Shown here piece by piece: positions 38,338-48,197 of a stretch of 64,000 bases of DNA. The notes below the pieces were generated by a model, which saw nothing but the letters and a program-made list of their open reading frames with translations, was not told the origin of the DNA and did not search any database. Source of the DNA: an uncultured bacterium (lineage in GTDB: Bacteria > Lernaellota > Lernaellaia > JACKCT01); contig CAZQAE010000012.1 in NCBI GenBank assembly GCA_964591275.1, forward strand, positions 4,860 to 68,859, read 5' to 3'. A program made the position numbers and the translations under genes. Positions within the stretch are counted from its first letter, which is position 1; each line of letters begins with the position of its first letter.

Positions 38338-39386
38338 GAGCTTCTCGCGTAAAATCCATCATCTTTGCGATGGCGACGGTTTTCCTCATTTGGGGATTCG
38401 CCAATCTCATCGTCGCGGCCTTGCATTGGGACAATCTGGGCGAGCAAAAATTTTATTCGGATGTCTATTCCATCCTCAACGAGGTTTTGCCGGGGGCCGA
38501 GATTCCATTCGCCAATGCCGGCAGCGAAATCGAGCGGGTCAACAGTCTCGGTTATCGGGGACCTGATTCGACTTGGGCGAAGCCCAAAGGCGTCAGGCGG
38601 GTTGTATCCGTGGGTGATTCATCGACATTCGGAGTCTTCGTTTCCTACGACGACACATATACCGGACTCGTGGCGAAAAAGTTGTCGAAGTTTAAGTCCT
38701 GGGAAACGATCAACACAGCGATTCCCGGAACGAACATCCTCCAGCACAGGCTTCAATTCTATTATAAAATACATCGTTTGCAGCCGGACATCGTGATGGT
38801 TTACGTCGTCCCCAACGTGCGCAACGATCTGGACGCCTTTCGTGAGTTCCATGATCAGTGGGGCCAGTGGCGGGTGGGAAAATCGACGGCTTTTCAACAG
38901 TTCATGCGCTCCTGGCCCCTTTACCGCCTGATGCGCAATGCTCTCAAAGGTCCGAAGGCGGCCGGGATCAAAAACCAGGTTGAGCTTATTTACACGCAGC
39001 AGCGCACGATGTCCGAGAGTCGGCGCTTTCTCGAGGGTTTTGCAAAGGACCTTTCGGCCTTAAGAAAAGACATTGTCAAAGGTGGAGCCATTCCCGTGTG
39101 GATATGGCATATCAATCGCGCCAGCGTAGCGCAGCACGCGGCCAGGCATACGCCGCCTGAGTCGATAGCCTTTAATCCCATGGCGGGGGCGCCTGAGGAT
39201 TATTACGTTGTTTTGTTGAATTTCACCCTGCAATTCGGTGATGTCCTCGTCAATCCTTATCCGGGGGCCGTCGCGAAAGCGCAAGAGGGCGCGAAGATAT
39301 TTGTCGATGAGGTTCACCCGACGGCCCTGGGGCACAAGATCATTGCCGAAGCCGTCTGGGATGAAATGAAGGCGCTTGTTAAATGA
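38334..39386 (+). CDS. SGNH/GDSL-family hydrolase, membrane-anchored (paralog 2)
   Basis: N-terminal TM; VVSVGDSSTFGVFV; C-terminal VDEVHPTALGH; ATGA overlap with paralog 1. Confidence 0.6.
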   Translation: MRASRVKSIIFAMATVFLIWGFANLIVAALHWDNLGEQKFYSDVYSILNEVLPGAEIPFANAGSEIERVNSLGYRGPDSTWAKPKGVRRVVSVGDSSTFGVFVSYDDTYTGLVAKKLSKFKSWETINTAIPGTNILQHRLQFYYKIHRLQPDIVMVYVVPNVRNDLDAFREFHDQWGQWRVGKSTAFQQFMRSWPLYRLMRNALKGPKAAGIKNQVELIYTQQRTMSESRRFLEGFAKDLSALRKDIVKGGAIPVWIWHINRASVAQHAARHTPPESIAFNPMAGAPEDYYVVLLNFTLQFGDVLVNPYPGAVAKAQEGAKIFVDEVHPTALGHKIIAEAVWDEMKALVK

Positions 39387-39404
39387 TGCTTTTCGCTTTA
39401 GCGA

Positions 39405-41006
39405 TTACAGATTGTATTTTTTAATCTTCTCGTAAAGCGTGGAGGGGGCGATCCCAAGGCGGCGGGCGGCGTTTTCGCGTGTTTTTTCCTCATGCAGAGC
39501 CAGCCGGATGGCTTGGGCCTCAATGTCTTTCAAAGTCCCGGAGTTTTTGTGAGATGACTCGGGCCAGAAAAAATCGCTGTCGCCAATAGGACCTTCGGCA
39601 GGGTTCATGACAAGCGTCCGGACGACTGCCGACTTGAGCTCGCGGACATTTCCGGGCCACCTGTATCCGTTTAGCGCTTCAATGGCCGATGATGTCAGTC
39701 CCGGATTCTTCATGCCCAACTTTTCGGACTCGGCGGCAAGAAAGTGCCGCGCCAGCAGCTCAATGTCTCGACCGCGCATTCGCAGCGGCGGCAGGTGAAT
39801 CGGGATCATCCGAAGGCGATAGAGGAGGTCGTCGCGAAAGGCGTTTTTTGCTGCCAACTCTTCAAGATTTTTATTGGAGGCGGCGACGATTCTAACATCG
39901 CACTGGATTTCGCGCTCGGAGCCGACAGGGCGAATTCTGTGATCGTCCAGAACGCGCAGCAGTCGCGCCTGCATGTCCGGGGGAAGTTCGCTGATTTCGT
40001 CAAGGAAGAGCGTTCCTTCAGCCGCCAGCAAAAACAGACCTCGTCGCTCCCGACCGGCGCCGGTAAACGCCCCCTTTTCATGTCCGAACAACTCGCTCTC
40101 AAATAGATCCTTCGGGATGGCGCTGCAGTTGAGGGCGATGAAAGGTCCCGCTGATCTTTTTGACAGGGCGTGAATTCCACGGGCGACAACTTCTTTGCCC
40201 GTGCCTGTTTCCCCTTCGATCAGCACCGTCACGTCCGTGGGCGCGACGCGTCCGATCAAGGCCGTCATCAACCTGACAGCCTCGCAATCTCCCACCAGTC
40301 CGGGCAGAGCCAGCTTCGGCTCATCGATGATTTCCTCGCTTTTTTCGGATTGCAGAACGATGTCCGTTTCGCCGAGTCGGATGGTTTGCCCATCGGCCAC
40401 ATCGGAGATTGTCAGCTTTTGGCCGCTTATGAAAACGCCGTTTCGACTGCCGAGGTCCTCCACGGTAACTTGCCCCTGCACGGCGATTAGGGCCATATGG
40501 CGACCTGAAACATAGACGTCATTGAGGACGATGTCGCAGGAGGAATCCTTGCCGAAAACGCTTCTCCCTTCAGGCAGGGAAAGGAGTTTTTCCGGTCCAC
40601 CCTGAGGTGATTTGATAATCAGGGTGACAGACCGCGTGACCAGAGTGCGGCTGCCTGAGTCGTAATGCAGTTTTTTTGTGGGTCCTCTGGTGCGCCTTTT
40701 GAATGCCACGGGCGTCAGTTCGTAGGGTCCAAGCCTGTCATTATCTCCTACGCCGATAGTCCTGGTCTTGACCTTCGTGCGATTTGTTGCGTTGCTGAAA
40801 ACGGTTATTTCCACTCCATCTTCATGGCTTACCAGGCGCCAAAGAGTTCCTTTTTCGACTCCGGGCAAACAGATATCAGCCTCGTCGCCGGCTCCGACGA
40901 TGAGGCCGGAGGGCGGCAGGCTGATGGAAACGATGTTTTTCCCCTGTTCTTTTATTTCAACCCTATTTGCCATTGTAATGTAATCGTTCCCCAGCGAGTG
41001 AACCAA
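39405..41006 (-). CDS. sigma-54-dependent transcriptional activator with N-terminal FHA domain(s) and C-terminal Fis-type HTH
   Basis: FHA-like segments ([26 protein letters not shown]...[13 protein letters not shown]); AAA+ sigma54-interaction domain ([36 protein letters not shown]); C-terminal HTH ([20 protein letters not shown]). Confidence 0.85.
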   Translation of the reverse strand: MVHSLGNDYITMANRVEIKEQGKNIVSISLPPSGLIVGAGDEADICLPGVEKGTLWRLVSHEDGVEITVFSNATNRTKVKTRTIGVGDNDRLGPYELTPVAFKRRTRGPTKKLHYDSGSRTLVTRSVTLIIKSPQGGPEKLLSLPEGRSVFGKDSSCDIVLNDVYVSGRHMALIAVQGQVTVEDLGSRNGVFISGQKLTISDVADGQTIRLGETDIVLQSEKSEEIIDEPKLALPGLVGDCEAVRLMTALIGRVAPTDVTVLIEGETGTGKEVVARGIHALSKRSAGPFIALNCSAIPKDLFESELFGHEKGAFTGAGRERRGLFLLAAEGTLFLDEISELPPDMQARLLRVLDDHRIRPVGSEREIQCDVRIVAASNKNLEELAAKNAFRDDLLYRLRMIPIHLPPLRMRGRDIELLARHFLAAESEKLGMKNPGLTSSAIEALNGYRWPGNVRELKSAVVRTLVMNPAEGPIGDSDFFWPESSHKNSGTLKDIEAQAIRLALHEEKTRENAARRLGIAPSTLYEKIKKYNL

Positions 41007-41253
41007 TATTTCATCATTTTCTTTTCACCTTTGTTTGTCAAAGGTTTGCTTTCCACGCCGCCGGATTCTTTGCCTCACGCCGCGAAGCACGAGCACGGCA
41101 ATGCTGGTGTATTTTTATCCAGGCCATCGAGACGCCAACTGCCGGAGAATGCTTTTTTTGGCAATGCGACTACTCTTTCCCAAAAGGGATGAAAGTAAAC
41201 AACATTAGCAACAAAACCAACAATTATTTTTGAAAAAATACCTAAGAAACTAC

Positions 41254-41282
41254 TTGAATAAATATTTGTATCTTGCTAGAAT
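41254..41282 (+). promoter_or_regulatory. sigma70-like promoter (TTGAAT-N17-TAGAAT) for lipoprotein gene 41330
   Basis: ttgaat at 41254-59, a 17 nt spacer, tagaat at 41277-82; about 45 nt upstream of the start; a small hairpin aaagggcgaccccctttga lies in the 5'UTR. Confidence 0.45.
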
Positions 41283-41329
41283 GCAGGTGTTTTATCGTTC
41301 AAGAGACAAAAAAGGGCGACCCCCTTTGA

Positions 41330-41863
41330 TTGGAGGCTTCTATGAAATCGCGCATGGTCAGTTTACTTCTGGCGGCATTGTTGTCGATTTTCACTGTTTG
41401 CGTCGTTGCATCCTGCAACAGCAGCGGCGACGACGATGATGATGACGGCGTCAGTTACGGAGAGGACATTCACGGCACTTATACCGCGCAGATGACATAC
41501 GATGTGGATACCTGCTCGGTCGGCAACGAAGACAATGATCCCGTGGAATGGATTATCGAAATTGAGCAAAGCGACGATCTGTCGGTGGCCTGGGTCAGAT
41601 ACCAGGAAGTTGGCTCCGGCGATATGCAGGAATTGTTCAAAGGCACTGTATATGGAAACGTCGTCATCAAGGCCGGCATCGACACGCGAGGCGTTGGCGC
41701 CGACTGCGCGAAGATCAACGTTGAGGATTTGCAGATCCGCGTTGATGTTGAGAATAAATCCGTTTACGGGAATATCTCCAAAGACATCTTCTATCAGGGC
41801 GCCGGCTGCGACTCGTCAACAATCGATTGTTTCTACGAGCAGAGTTTTTCGACGGGTGAGTGA
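41330..41863 (+). CDS. small secreted lipoprotein with poly-Asp tract after the lipobox
   Basis: MKSRMVSLLLAALLSIFTVCVVASCNSSGDDDDDDG...; 177 aa. Confidence 0.5.
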   Translation: MEASMKSRMVSLLLAALLSIFTVCVVASCNSSGDDDDDDGVSYGEDIHGTYTAQMTYDVDTCSVGNEDNDPVEWIIEIEQSDDLSVAWVRYQEVGSGDMQELFKGTVYGNVVIKAGIDTRGVGADCAKINVEDLQIRVDVENKSVYGNISKDIFYQGAGCDSSTIDCFYEQSFSTGE

Positions 41864-41894
41864 GCGGTCGTCAGGGGATTTGAAAAGGTTTCTC

Positions 41895-41924
41895 TTGACA
41901 CGCTTTGCGCGTGTCGCGTTTAAT
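41895..41924 (+). promoter_or_regulatory. putative sigma70-like promoter (TTGACA-N18-TTTAAT) with embedded 7 bp hairpin
   Basis: ttgaca at 41895-900, gacacgc/gcgtgtc palindrome in the spacer, tttaat at 41919-24; 75 nt upstream of gene 41999. Confidence 0.3.
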
Positions 41925-41998
41925 TGCCGCGGTGATAACCAGCGCAAGGATTTAGATAGTTCCAAACAATCCTTCTATCCAAAAGAGGAAATCGGAAT

Positions 41999-42436
41999 AT
42001 GCCGTGGCTCAAATTTCTGACCTGGGTGTTTTGCCTTTCATTCATTGCCGGCTCTTTTGTATTGACCGCGTGCGGGGGCGCTGAAGACGACGGGGAAGAC
42101 GAGGATGACGAATCCGACGACGATACCGAGCCGGAGGAGGCGACATCGCAGGAGTGTGTCGATGCCATGACCCGACTTTTCGGCGAGGACGGATGTGCGA
42201 ATCCCGGTGAATATCCGTATTACAGCGATGAAAATATTCAAGGTTCCTGCGATCAGGATTTCGGGGTTGCCGCGCAGTCCGAATGTCATAAAGCGGCTTA
42301 TGCGAATTTTGTCGCGTGCATGGAGCAAATAGATTGCGCCGATGCGCATGACAGCTACCAGGTTTGGACGGATTGTGGAATCGACTTCGGCGACGCCATC
42401 AATATCTGCGATTGCCCGCCGGACGGCATTTGCTAG
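41999..42436 (+). CDS. small secreted Cys-rich lipoprotein with acidic tract
   Basis: Lipobox VLTACGGAEDDGEDEDDESDDDTEPEE then 10 Cys in about 100 aa. Confidence 0.5.
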   Translation: MPWLKFLTWVFCLSFIAGSFVLTACGGAEDDGEDEDDESDDDTEPEEATSQECVDAMTRLFGEDGCANPGEYPYYSDENIQGSCDQDFGVAAQSECHKAAYANFVACMEQIDCADAHDSYQVWTDCGIDFGDAINICDCPPDGIC

Positions 42437-42590
42437 ATTCCATCGAAATTCCATTTATCCCCAAAGAAGTTATCGCTTTTTATGCCTCTGAATAGTTGGC
42501 ATCGGGCTTGACACCTCTTTTTCCCGAGTGATACAGTCCGCCCGCTTTTTGTCATCGAGTTCTAACATTTTTGCTTCGGTGGAGCGGCCA

Positions 42591-43415
42591 ATGAGGCGCA
42601 TTGCGGTTATATCAGCGGTTACTTTGCTCGCTTTGATTCCTTTGGCGGCCAATGCCGATCTTTATCCGGTTCTCGGAGCCTCTGTGGAGTATTTCTGGCC
42701 TTCCGAGACAGAGATGTACGGCTCGCGCATGGCGTCGAACTCATGGGGCGAAGACATCAAAGGCATCAGTTATTCACACGGGACCGACCGGAACCAGTTC
42801 TTCACACCGAGCCGGTTTGATCGAGTTTTCAGTCCGGGGCTGACGCAGAGCGTCGCCTGGGATTTCGGGCTGTCCGTGGAACTGGCCGAAAGGTGGCTGT
42901 GGCTGATATGGGCGCCCAACCGTGATGTGGACATCGTATATAGCCGGACAATGGTTCCAATAACGATCACCCCAAGTTGGACCTTTAATAAAGGAGGCAA
43001 CTTCAGGCCGATTATCGGCGCCGGTATTGGATATTGTTACGTCAACACGAACATCGCCGGTCAGGACCTTTACGACCAGCGCAGAAATGACAACTACAAT
43101 CGAGAGGGCAGCCCTGAACCCGGCGATTCGGGCGACGCGAATGTTCCTGAACAAAGATTGTTTCTGAGAGGGTCTCGGGAGTTTTCTCGTGAAGCCTGGG
43201 TTCCTGAGGCGCACGCGATGGCGGGCTTGGAACTGGGAATCAATGACCAGTTATCCGTGACCGGGCAGGTGCGCTGGTCCGCAATGATGATGGAAACCAT
43301 AGACATCGTTCGCGTCAGCGAGGGCAGTTCCGACAACTGGCGTTGGGAAGAGCAGAAAATAAAAGGAAATGCCGGAGGTTTCCACGGGACTATCGGAATC
43401 ACTTACGCTTTTTAA
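42591..43415 (+). CDS. outer-membrane beta-barrel protein (OmpA-N/OmpW-like size)
   Basis: Signal peptide ending ANA|DL; alternating amphipathic strands; C-terminal ...GTIGITYAF aromatic terminus; start ATG at 42591 preceded by GGAG. Confidence 0.5.
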   Translation: MRRIAVISAVTLLALIPLAANADLYPVLGASVEYFWPSETEMYGSRMASNSWGEDIKGISYSHGTDRNQFFTPSRFDRVFSPGLTQSVAWDFGLSVELAERWLWLIWAPNRDVDIVYSRTMVPITITPSWTFNKGGNFRPIIGAGIGYCYVNTNIAGQDLYDQRRNDNYNREGSPEPGDSGDANVPEQRLFLRGSREFSREAWVPEAHAMAGLELGINDQLSVTGQVRWSAMMMETIDIVRVSEGSSDNWRWEEQKIKGNAGGFHGTIGITYAF

Positions 43416-43503
43416 CCGGGTTGTGAAATCGACTGATTTTCTATATGAAGAACATTGCCTTGGAAACGATGATAAACACCGTGAGGCCTTTTGGAGGAAG
43501 TGA

Positions 43504-45144
43504 ATGAGGATATTTTTCCTTTCAGTGATGATGCTGGTTATTTTGTCTTTATTTTCGCCGGTTGCCATGGCCGCCGATGAAACTCAGGAAGAGGGCGGCG
43601 TGGCCTTCGATCTGTCGGGATATTACCGCGTTCGTTACGACAACACATTCAATTTGGGTTGGCGTTTCAACGAGGAATACGAAGACGGAGATGATAACGA
43701 GAACAGCGATTGGTGGTCCTACTTCGATCAAAGGGCCTTGCTGCTTCCCGTTATCCGCGTCAACGAGAACATCGTACTCAAAGCGCAGGTGGACGCCTTG
43801 CGCAATGTCATGTTTGGACAAAACACCCAGGCCACCGTTCCCATGGCGGTTGTCGAGCGCAATCCGGCCGATACAGAGAAAATTGAAACCGTCGAATTTG
43901 ATGCTGAGAAACTGGACAGAGGAAATGTCTTTTCTCAAAGCGCTTCGGCCAATCAGAGCATTGAAGGCGACGGAGCGGCTCGCGGAGAAGTCGATCCGAT
44001 CCAACTGACGCGATTGTGGGCGGAAGTCATGCTGCCTATCGGCTTCGTGCGCTTCGGTCGCATGAGTTCCAATTTCGGCATGGGGATTTTTTCCAATTCC
44101 GGCCTGCCGAAAAAGACCGCCTTCGGATACGAAGGGCTCGACAGCAATTACGGCGACACTTACGACCGCCTCATGTTTGGAACGCGAGTCGGTAAACACT
44201 ACATTCCGGTTGTGATTTACGACCGCGTGGTGGAAGGCGATTTCAAGACCGGCGACAAAGATGTTCACCAGTACGTCTTCGCGCAGTACCTTCGGGATAT
44301 CGAGTTCGGCGACCGCAATGCGTTCAACGGCGGGCTATATCTGATGCACCGCACGCAGCAGTCCACTAACGCGCGCATCTTCGCCTACGACCTGTGGTTG
44401 AAGATGGAGGTCGGCGGTTTCACTATCGAGAATGAAGTGGTCGCCCTGCAGGGTTCCTTCAACCAGATTCCAACCAGCACCATTGATGATCTGATAGAAT
44501 CCGGATTGCCCACGGGCGAAGGCGGCGGGAAAATCGAAGTTGACGCCTACATTGATGCATTCCGCGCGAATTACAAAATGAAAAAATGGGGCGCCGGCGT
44601 TGAGTACGGTTTCTCCAGTCCATCGGATCCTGATCCCGAGCGCGAGTTCGACGCGGACGCCGCGGCCGCCATTGCCGTCGCCGCGACGCAAAAAGACGCC
44701 GACGAAGACGGCAGCGAAGCTTCCATAGAATTTATCAACGCCGTGGTGGAAAACCAGGCGGCATTCGGCAAGAAAGTGTACAGTTTCTACTTTGACTCGG
44801 ATTATGACGTCGATCTGATTATTTGGGAAACCCTCATGGGCGGTCGCGTGGAAAACGGCATGTACGGAAAAGTCTCCGGCTACCTTCAGCCTATTGAGGA
44901 ATTGCGGATTCAATTTGATGTGATCAACAGCTATATCAATGAGTCCCATAAGGGCATGGACGGAAAGGACGCCTCCCACGACCTGGGTTGGGAAGTCGAT
45001 GTCGATGTTTCCAGTCTCGCTTACGGGCACTTCTTCACAGGCGTCCAGTTCGGCTACGCATTTTTGGGCGATTATTTTTCCGACATGTACGACGGTTCGG
45101 AGAACATCTTTACCATGCAGATGCGAACAGGAATCACCTTTTAA
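43504..45144 (+). CDS. large outer-membrane beta-barrel / porin-like protein
   Basis: Signal peptide ...PVAMA|AD; 546 aa rich in G/Y/F with alternating patterns; C-terminus MQMRTGITF. Confidence 0.5.
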   Translation: MRIFFLSVMMLVILSLFSPVAMAADETQEEGGVAFDLSGYYRVRYDNTFNLGWRFNEEYEDGDDNENSDWWSYFDQRALLLPVIRVNENIVLKAQVDALRNVMFGQNTQATVPMAVVERNPADTEKIETVEFDAEKLDRGNVFSQSASANQSIEGDGAARGEVDPIQLTRLWAEVMLPIGFVRFGRMSSNFGMGIFSNSGLPKKTAFGYEGLDSNYGDTYDRLMFGTRVGKHYIPVVIYDRVVEGDFKTGDKDVHQYVFAQYLRDIEFGDRNAFNGGLYLMHRTQQSTNARIFAYDLWLKMEVGGFTIENEVVALQGSFNQIPTSTIDDLIESGLPTGEGGGKIEVDAYIDAFRANYKMKKWGAGVEYGFSSPSDPDPEREFDADAAAAIAVAATQKDADEDGSEASIEFINAVVENQAAFGKKVYSFYFDSDYDVDLIIWETLMGGRVENGMYGKVSGYLQPIEELRIQFDVINSYINESHKGMDGKDASHDLGWEVDVDVSSLAYGHFFTGVQFGYAFLGDYFSDMYDGSENIFTMQMRTGITF

Positions 45145-45171
45145 AAACAGCCAAAGATGCTGGCTGTTTTC
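45145..45171 (+). terminator. rho-independent terminator after the porin-like gene
   Basis: acagcca-aagatgc-tggctgt stem-loop followed by TTTT. Confidence 0.6.
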
Positions 45172-45284
45172 AGGGTCAAGGGCTTAGGGTTTGGGGTTAT
45201 GAAGGGGTGAGCAAAAAAGGTTGGATAAGCGATAATTTGGGTAACTTGCTTGTCGGGATAATCGGTGCTGTATGCGATGCTTTC

Positions 45285-46214
45285 CTACTCTTCCAAGAAA
45301 TAATCCGAATCAATTTTTTTAATCTCGAAAGTGTTTTCCAAGGTGACGCCCAAGCTAAAATCGATCATTAGTTGAGCAAATTGATCGCCGTCAATTAGAA
45401 TGATCTTGTTTTCAATATCTTTAGCATAGTCTAATGCCTTCTGGGAAAACCTGGATGTGGTGATGAAGACGCCCTTACGCGATCGCTTGCCCTGTAATGC
45501 ACCGGCAAACTTCTGAATTTCCGGGCGGCTAACCGTGTGGTCCTTGTCCCACCTTTTTGCCTGAATGTAGATGATGTCCAATCCGAGGCGGTCTTGCTTG
45601 ATAACGCCGTCGATTCCTTCATCACTGACTTTGCCGATGGCTTGCCCTGCGTCTTTTATCGTGCCGCCGTATCCCATTTTCACAAGCAGTTCAACAACGA
45701 CATTTTCAAAAAATGTTGGCGAACTGGAAAGAACTTGGTCAAGAATTTCATCGGCCAAGGTTTTCCGAATATCCTGGTAGGATTCTCCAATCTGCTCAAT
45801 AGGAGTTTTTTCCGCATCGTTATCAACACTCGCGATATTTTCCGTTACGCCCCCTCCTTTTGCTCCTGGTTTTTTCGAACGGAATTTTTGGAACGAGGGG
45901 AAACGCATGAGATATTTTATGTTAATGCGTTCCGGGTTTTCTTTTACAACCTGAAGGCCCTGTTCTGTGATTAAAAAAACTCCTCGCCTGATGTTTTCAA
46001 CAAGCTTTGCTCTACTCAAATAGGCTTTTGTCCAAGCAACACGATTGGAGAAGGTGGACATCTTTCCGCTTGGAAGTTTTTCACTCAGTTCGTCTTTGGT
46101 GAGGTTGAAATGTTCGGCTAAAAGTTGCCGTGTTTCGGGCATTGTGTATTCCCGTCCATCGACTATCGTTTTCAAAAAGGGCATCATAATTGATTGAAAA
46201 TCGGGAATCGCCAT
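45285..46214 (-). CDS. mrr: Mrr-family restriction endonuclease (N-terminal winged helix + Mrr catalytic domain)
   Basis: MAIPDFQSIMMPFLKTIVDGREYTMPETRQLLAEHFNLTKDE is the Mrr_N domain; the C-terminal Mrr_cat domain carries the catalytic IYIQAKRW-type motif; low local GC. Confidence 0.75.
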   Translation of the reverse strand: MAIPDFQSIMMPFLKTIVDGREYTMPETRQLLAEHFNLTKDELSEKLPSGKMSTFSNRVAWTKAYLSRAKLVENIRRGVFLITEQGLQVVKENPERINIKYLMRFPSFQKFRSKKPGAKGGGVTENIASVDNDAEKTPIEQIGESYQDIRKTLADEILDQVLSSSPTFFENVVVELLVKMGYGGTIKDAGQAIGKVSDEGIDGVIKQDRLGLDIIYIQAKRWDKDHTVSRPEIQKFAGALQGKRSRKGVFITTSRFSQKALDYAKDIENKIILIDGDQFAQLMIDFSLGVTLENTFEIKKIDSDYFLEE

Positions 46215-46635
46215 CTGTTTCTCCTGCAAATTATTTGTAAAAAACCAAGGGATAATATCTACCACAAGGAACAGGAACAAGTCTATTAGCCATGGACCCT
46301 TGAGCGTGCAAATAAAATAAGTGCTAATTCACGCATGCCTCCTCAAAGCCCGCAGGGCGGTACAATAATAGCCGGCAGCGTTAGCTGCCGGGACGCCTTG
46401 TCACTCTCAAATTACACGAACTCCGAAGGAGTGTCACATCCATTTTAGACGATGCCTCGATCTTGGGAAAATGTTTGCTGAAAAACAGTTGAATTAGACT
46501 CCATACCCTAAACCCTGACCCCTAGCCCCTTTGCCCGGATGTTTGCATCCTGACTTTTCTTTTCAATAAAATGGACCTTTTACGCATTCGTGTGTATGTT
46601 TTCTTTCGTCAAAGGGTATTGCAAGCCCTGAAAAG

Positions 46636-48030
46636 TTGATGAAGGAGCGGCGAATGAGATTCGGCAATTTCCATAACATTTTTGTCGTAGCGCTTATGGC
46701 GGCGACGTTATTTTTCGCGGCGGGCGCGGGTAATCCAGCCCTTGCCGAAGACCAGGCAGGCTCTGGCGCAAAAATGGAAAAAGTGGATGAGTCGGATAAT
46801 TCGCCTCTGCTTGTCGGCGCCGCGCGCATTGACATCACGCCGAGCAAGTCTGTCATCATGGGCGGCTACGGCGTATGTGCTTTTTCCAAGGCGCTTTGCC
46901 GCTGGTCCAAAGGCGTACACGATCCGATCTATGCAACAGCCATATATTTTGAAAAGCGCGATGAAGCTTTTGTTCTGATCGAGGCTGATCTCGTCGGGCT
47001 CGTGCAGACAGACATCATAAAAATCCAGAGCCTTGTTTCAGAGCGGACGCACCTGCTGCCGACCAGGGTGATCGTTGCTGCGACGCACACGCATTCCAGC
47101 CCCGATACCGTCGGCCTGTGGGGTTCCATCCTTCCGCCCGACTCGGGAAGGGATGAAGGCTATATCGAAATGATCATTGCCAAAGCTGCCGTTGTCGCCG
47201 CGCAAGCCAAGGGATCGGCTCGGCCCGCGCGGCTGTTTTACGCTGTCGGTGAGCAGGCTGACCTGCACCGCAATACCTACGACGATAAGACCAGCAATTT
47301 TTATATCGACCACACGATCACGGTGCTCAAGGCGGCTGATAAAAATGGCCGCGTCATCGCCACCTTGACGAACTGGGGCTGCCATCCAACGACTGAAGGA
47401 ATGAAAACGCGCCTCATTTCATCGGATTGGGTGGGAGCTTTTTATAAGGATATGGCTGCGCACGAGTCCGGCGTGCACATGTTCGTCAACGGCTCCATCG
47501 GCGCCGCCATCCAGCCCAATGACAATTGGAAACGCAAAAATCTCGAAGGCGATGGAGAAAATTTCCGATGGGCGGGTCTCCTGGGGACGACCCTGTCGGC
47601 GCAGGTGCGCGAAATGATGAAGGAAATGGAAGAAGCTCGTTTCGATCACATGACCGTTCAATACACCGAAGCATCCATTCCCATGATGAACGGTATTTAT
47701 CGCTTCGGGAGCAACCTTGGGCTTTTGAATCTGCCGGTGCCGAAAGTGGGCGAGCCTCTGAATTTCAGGATTGCGTCGATGACGATGGGGCCATTGCGTT
47801 TTGGAACGATGCCCGGAGAAATTTCACCGCAGATTGGCGATGGCATTAGAAAACGAATGGGCGGCAAGGCGCAAATCCTCATCGGCCTGGGGCAGGACTG
47901 GTTCGGGTATGTCCTCGACCGGGAGCAGTATGAAAATGAATTGTATTCCTATGAGAAAATGCTGAGCCCCGGTCCCGACTTCGCCGAAGCGATCTATGGC
48001 GTTTACGACGAAATGACTTTTCCAAAATAG
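46636..48030 (+). CDS. secreted neutral/alkaline ceramidase-like hydrolase
   Basis: Signal peptide; GAARIDITP...IMGGYG and ATHTHSSPDT resemble the neutral ceramidase N-domain motifs; shorter than characterised ceramidases. Confidence 0.45.
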   Translation: MMKERRMRFGNFHNIFVVALMAATLFFAAGAGNPALAEDQAGSGAKMEKVDESDNSPLLVGAARIDITPSKSVIMGGYGVCAFSKALCRWSKGVHDPIYATAIYFEKRDEAFVLIEADLVGLVQTDIIKIQSLVSERTHLLPTRVIVAATHTHSSPDTVGLWGSILPPDSGRDEGYIEMIIAKAAVVAAQAKGSARPARLFYAVGEQADLHRNTYDDKTSNFYIDHTITVLKAADKNGRVIATLTNWGCHPTTEGMKTRLISSDWVGAFYKDMAAHESGVHMFVNGSIGAAIQPNDNWKRKNLEGDGENFRWAGLLGTTLSAQVREMMKEMEEARFDHMTVQYTEASIPMMNGIYRFGSNLGLLNLPVPKVGEPLNFRIASMTMGPLRFGTMPGEISPQIGDGIRKRMGGKAQILIGLGQDWFGYVLDREQYENELYSYEKMLSPGPDFAEAIYGVYDEMTFPK

Positions 48031-48113
48031 AATCACATCGCGAATAGAAGTGACGCAGGCAATGCGACGCACGCAGCGGTCAGTGATGATTGTGGGAGCG
48101 GTTTTGTTCTCGT

Positions 48114-48188
48114 GAATGTAGGAGCGACATTCCTGTCGCGACCTTGGCTGCGATGTCGATCAGTCACGACAAGAATGTCGTTCCTACA
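48114..48188. repeat. palindromic dispersed repeat family 1, copy C (complete hairpin, 26 bp arms)
   Basis: gaatgtaggagcgacattcctgtcgcgacc ... gtcacgacaagaatgtcgttcctaca; lies between the convergent ceramidase-like and panD genes. Confidence 0.6.
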
Positions 48189-48197
48189 GAAAATTCC

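Noticed and set aside
41120-41145. Possible sigma54 -24/-12 element (TGGCAatgcgacTAC) upstream of the lipoprotein gene
   Set aside because: It lacks the TTGC -12 core and the spacing is off; a clear sigma70-type promoter lies closer to the gene.
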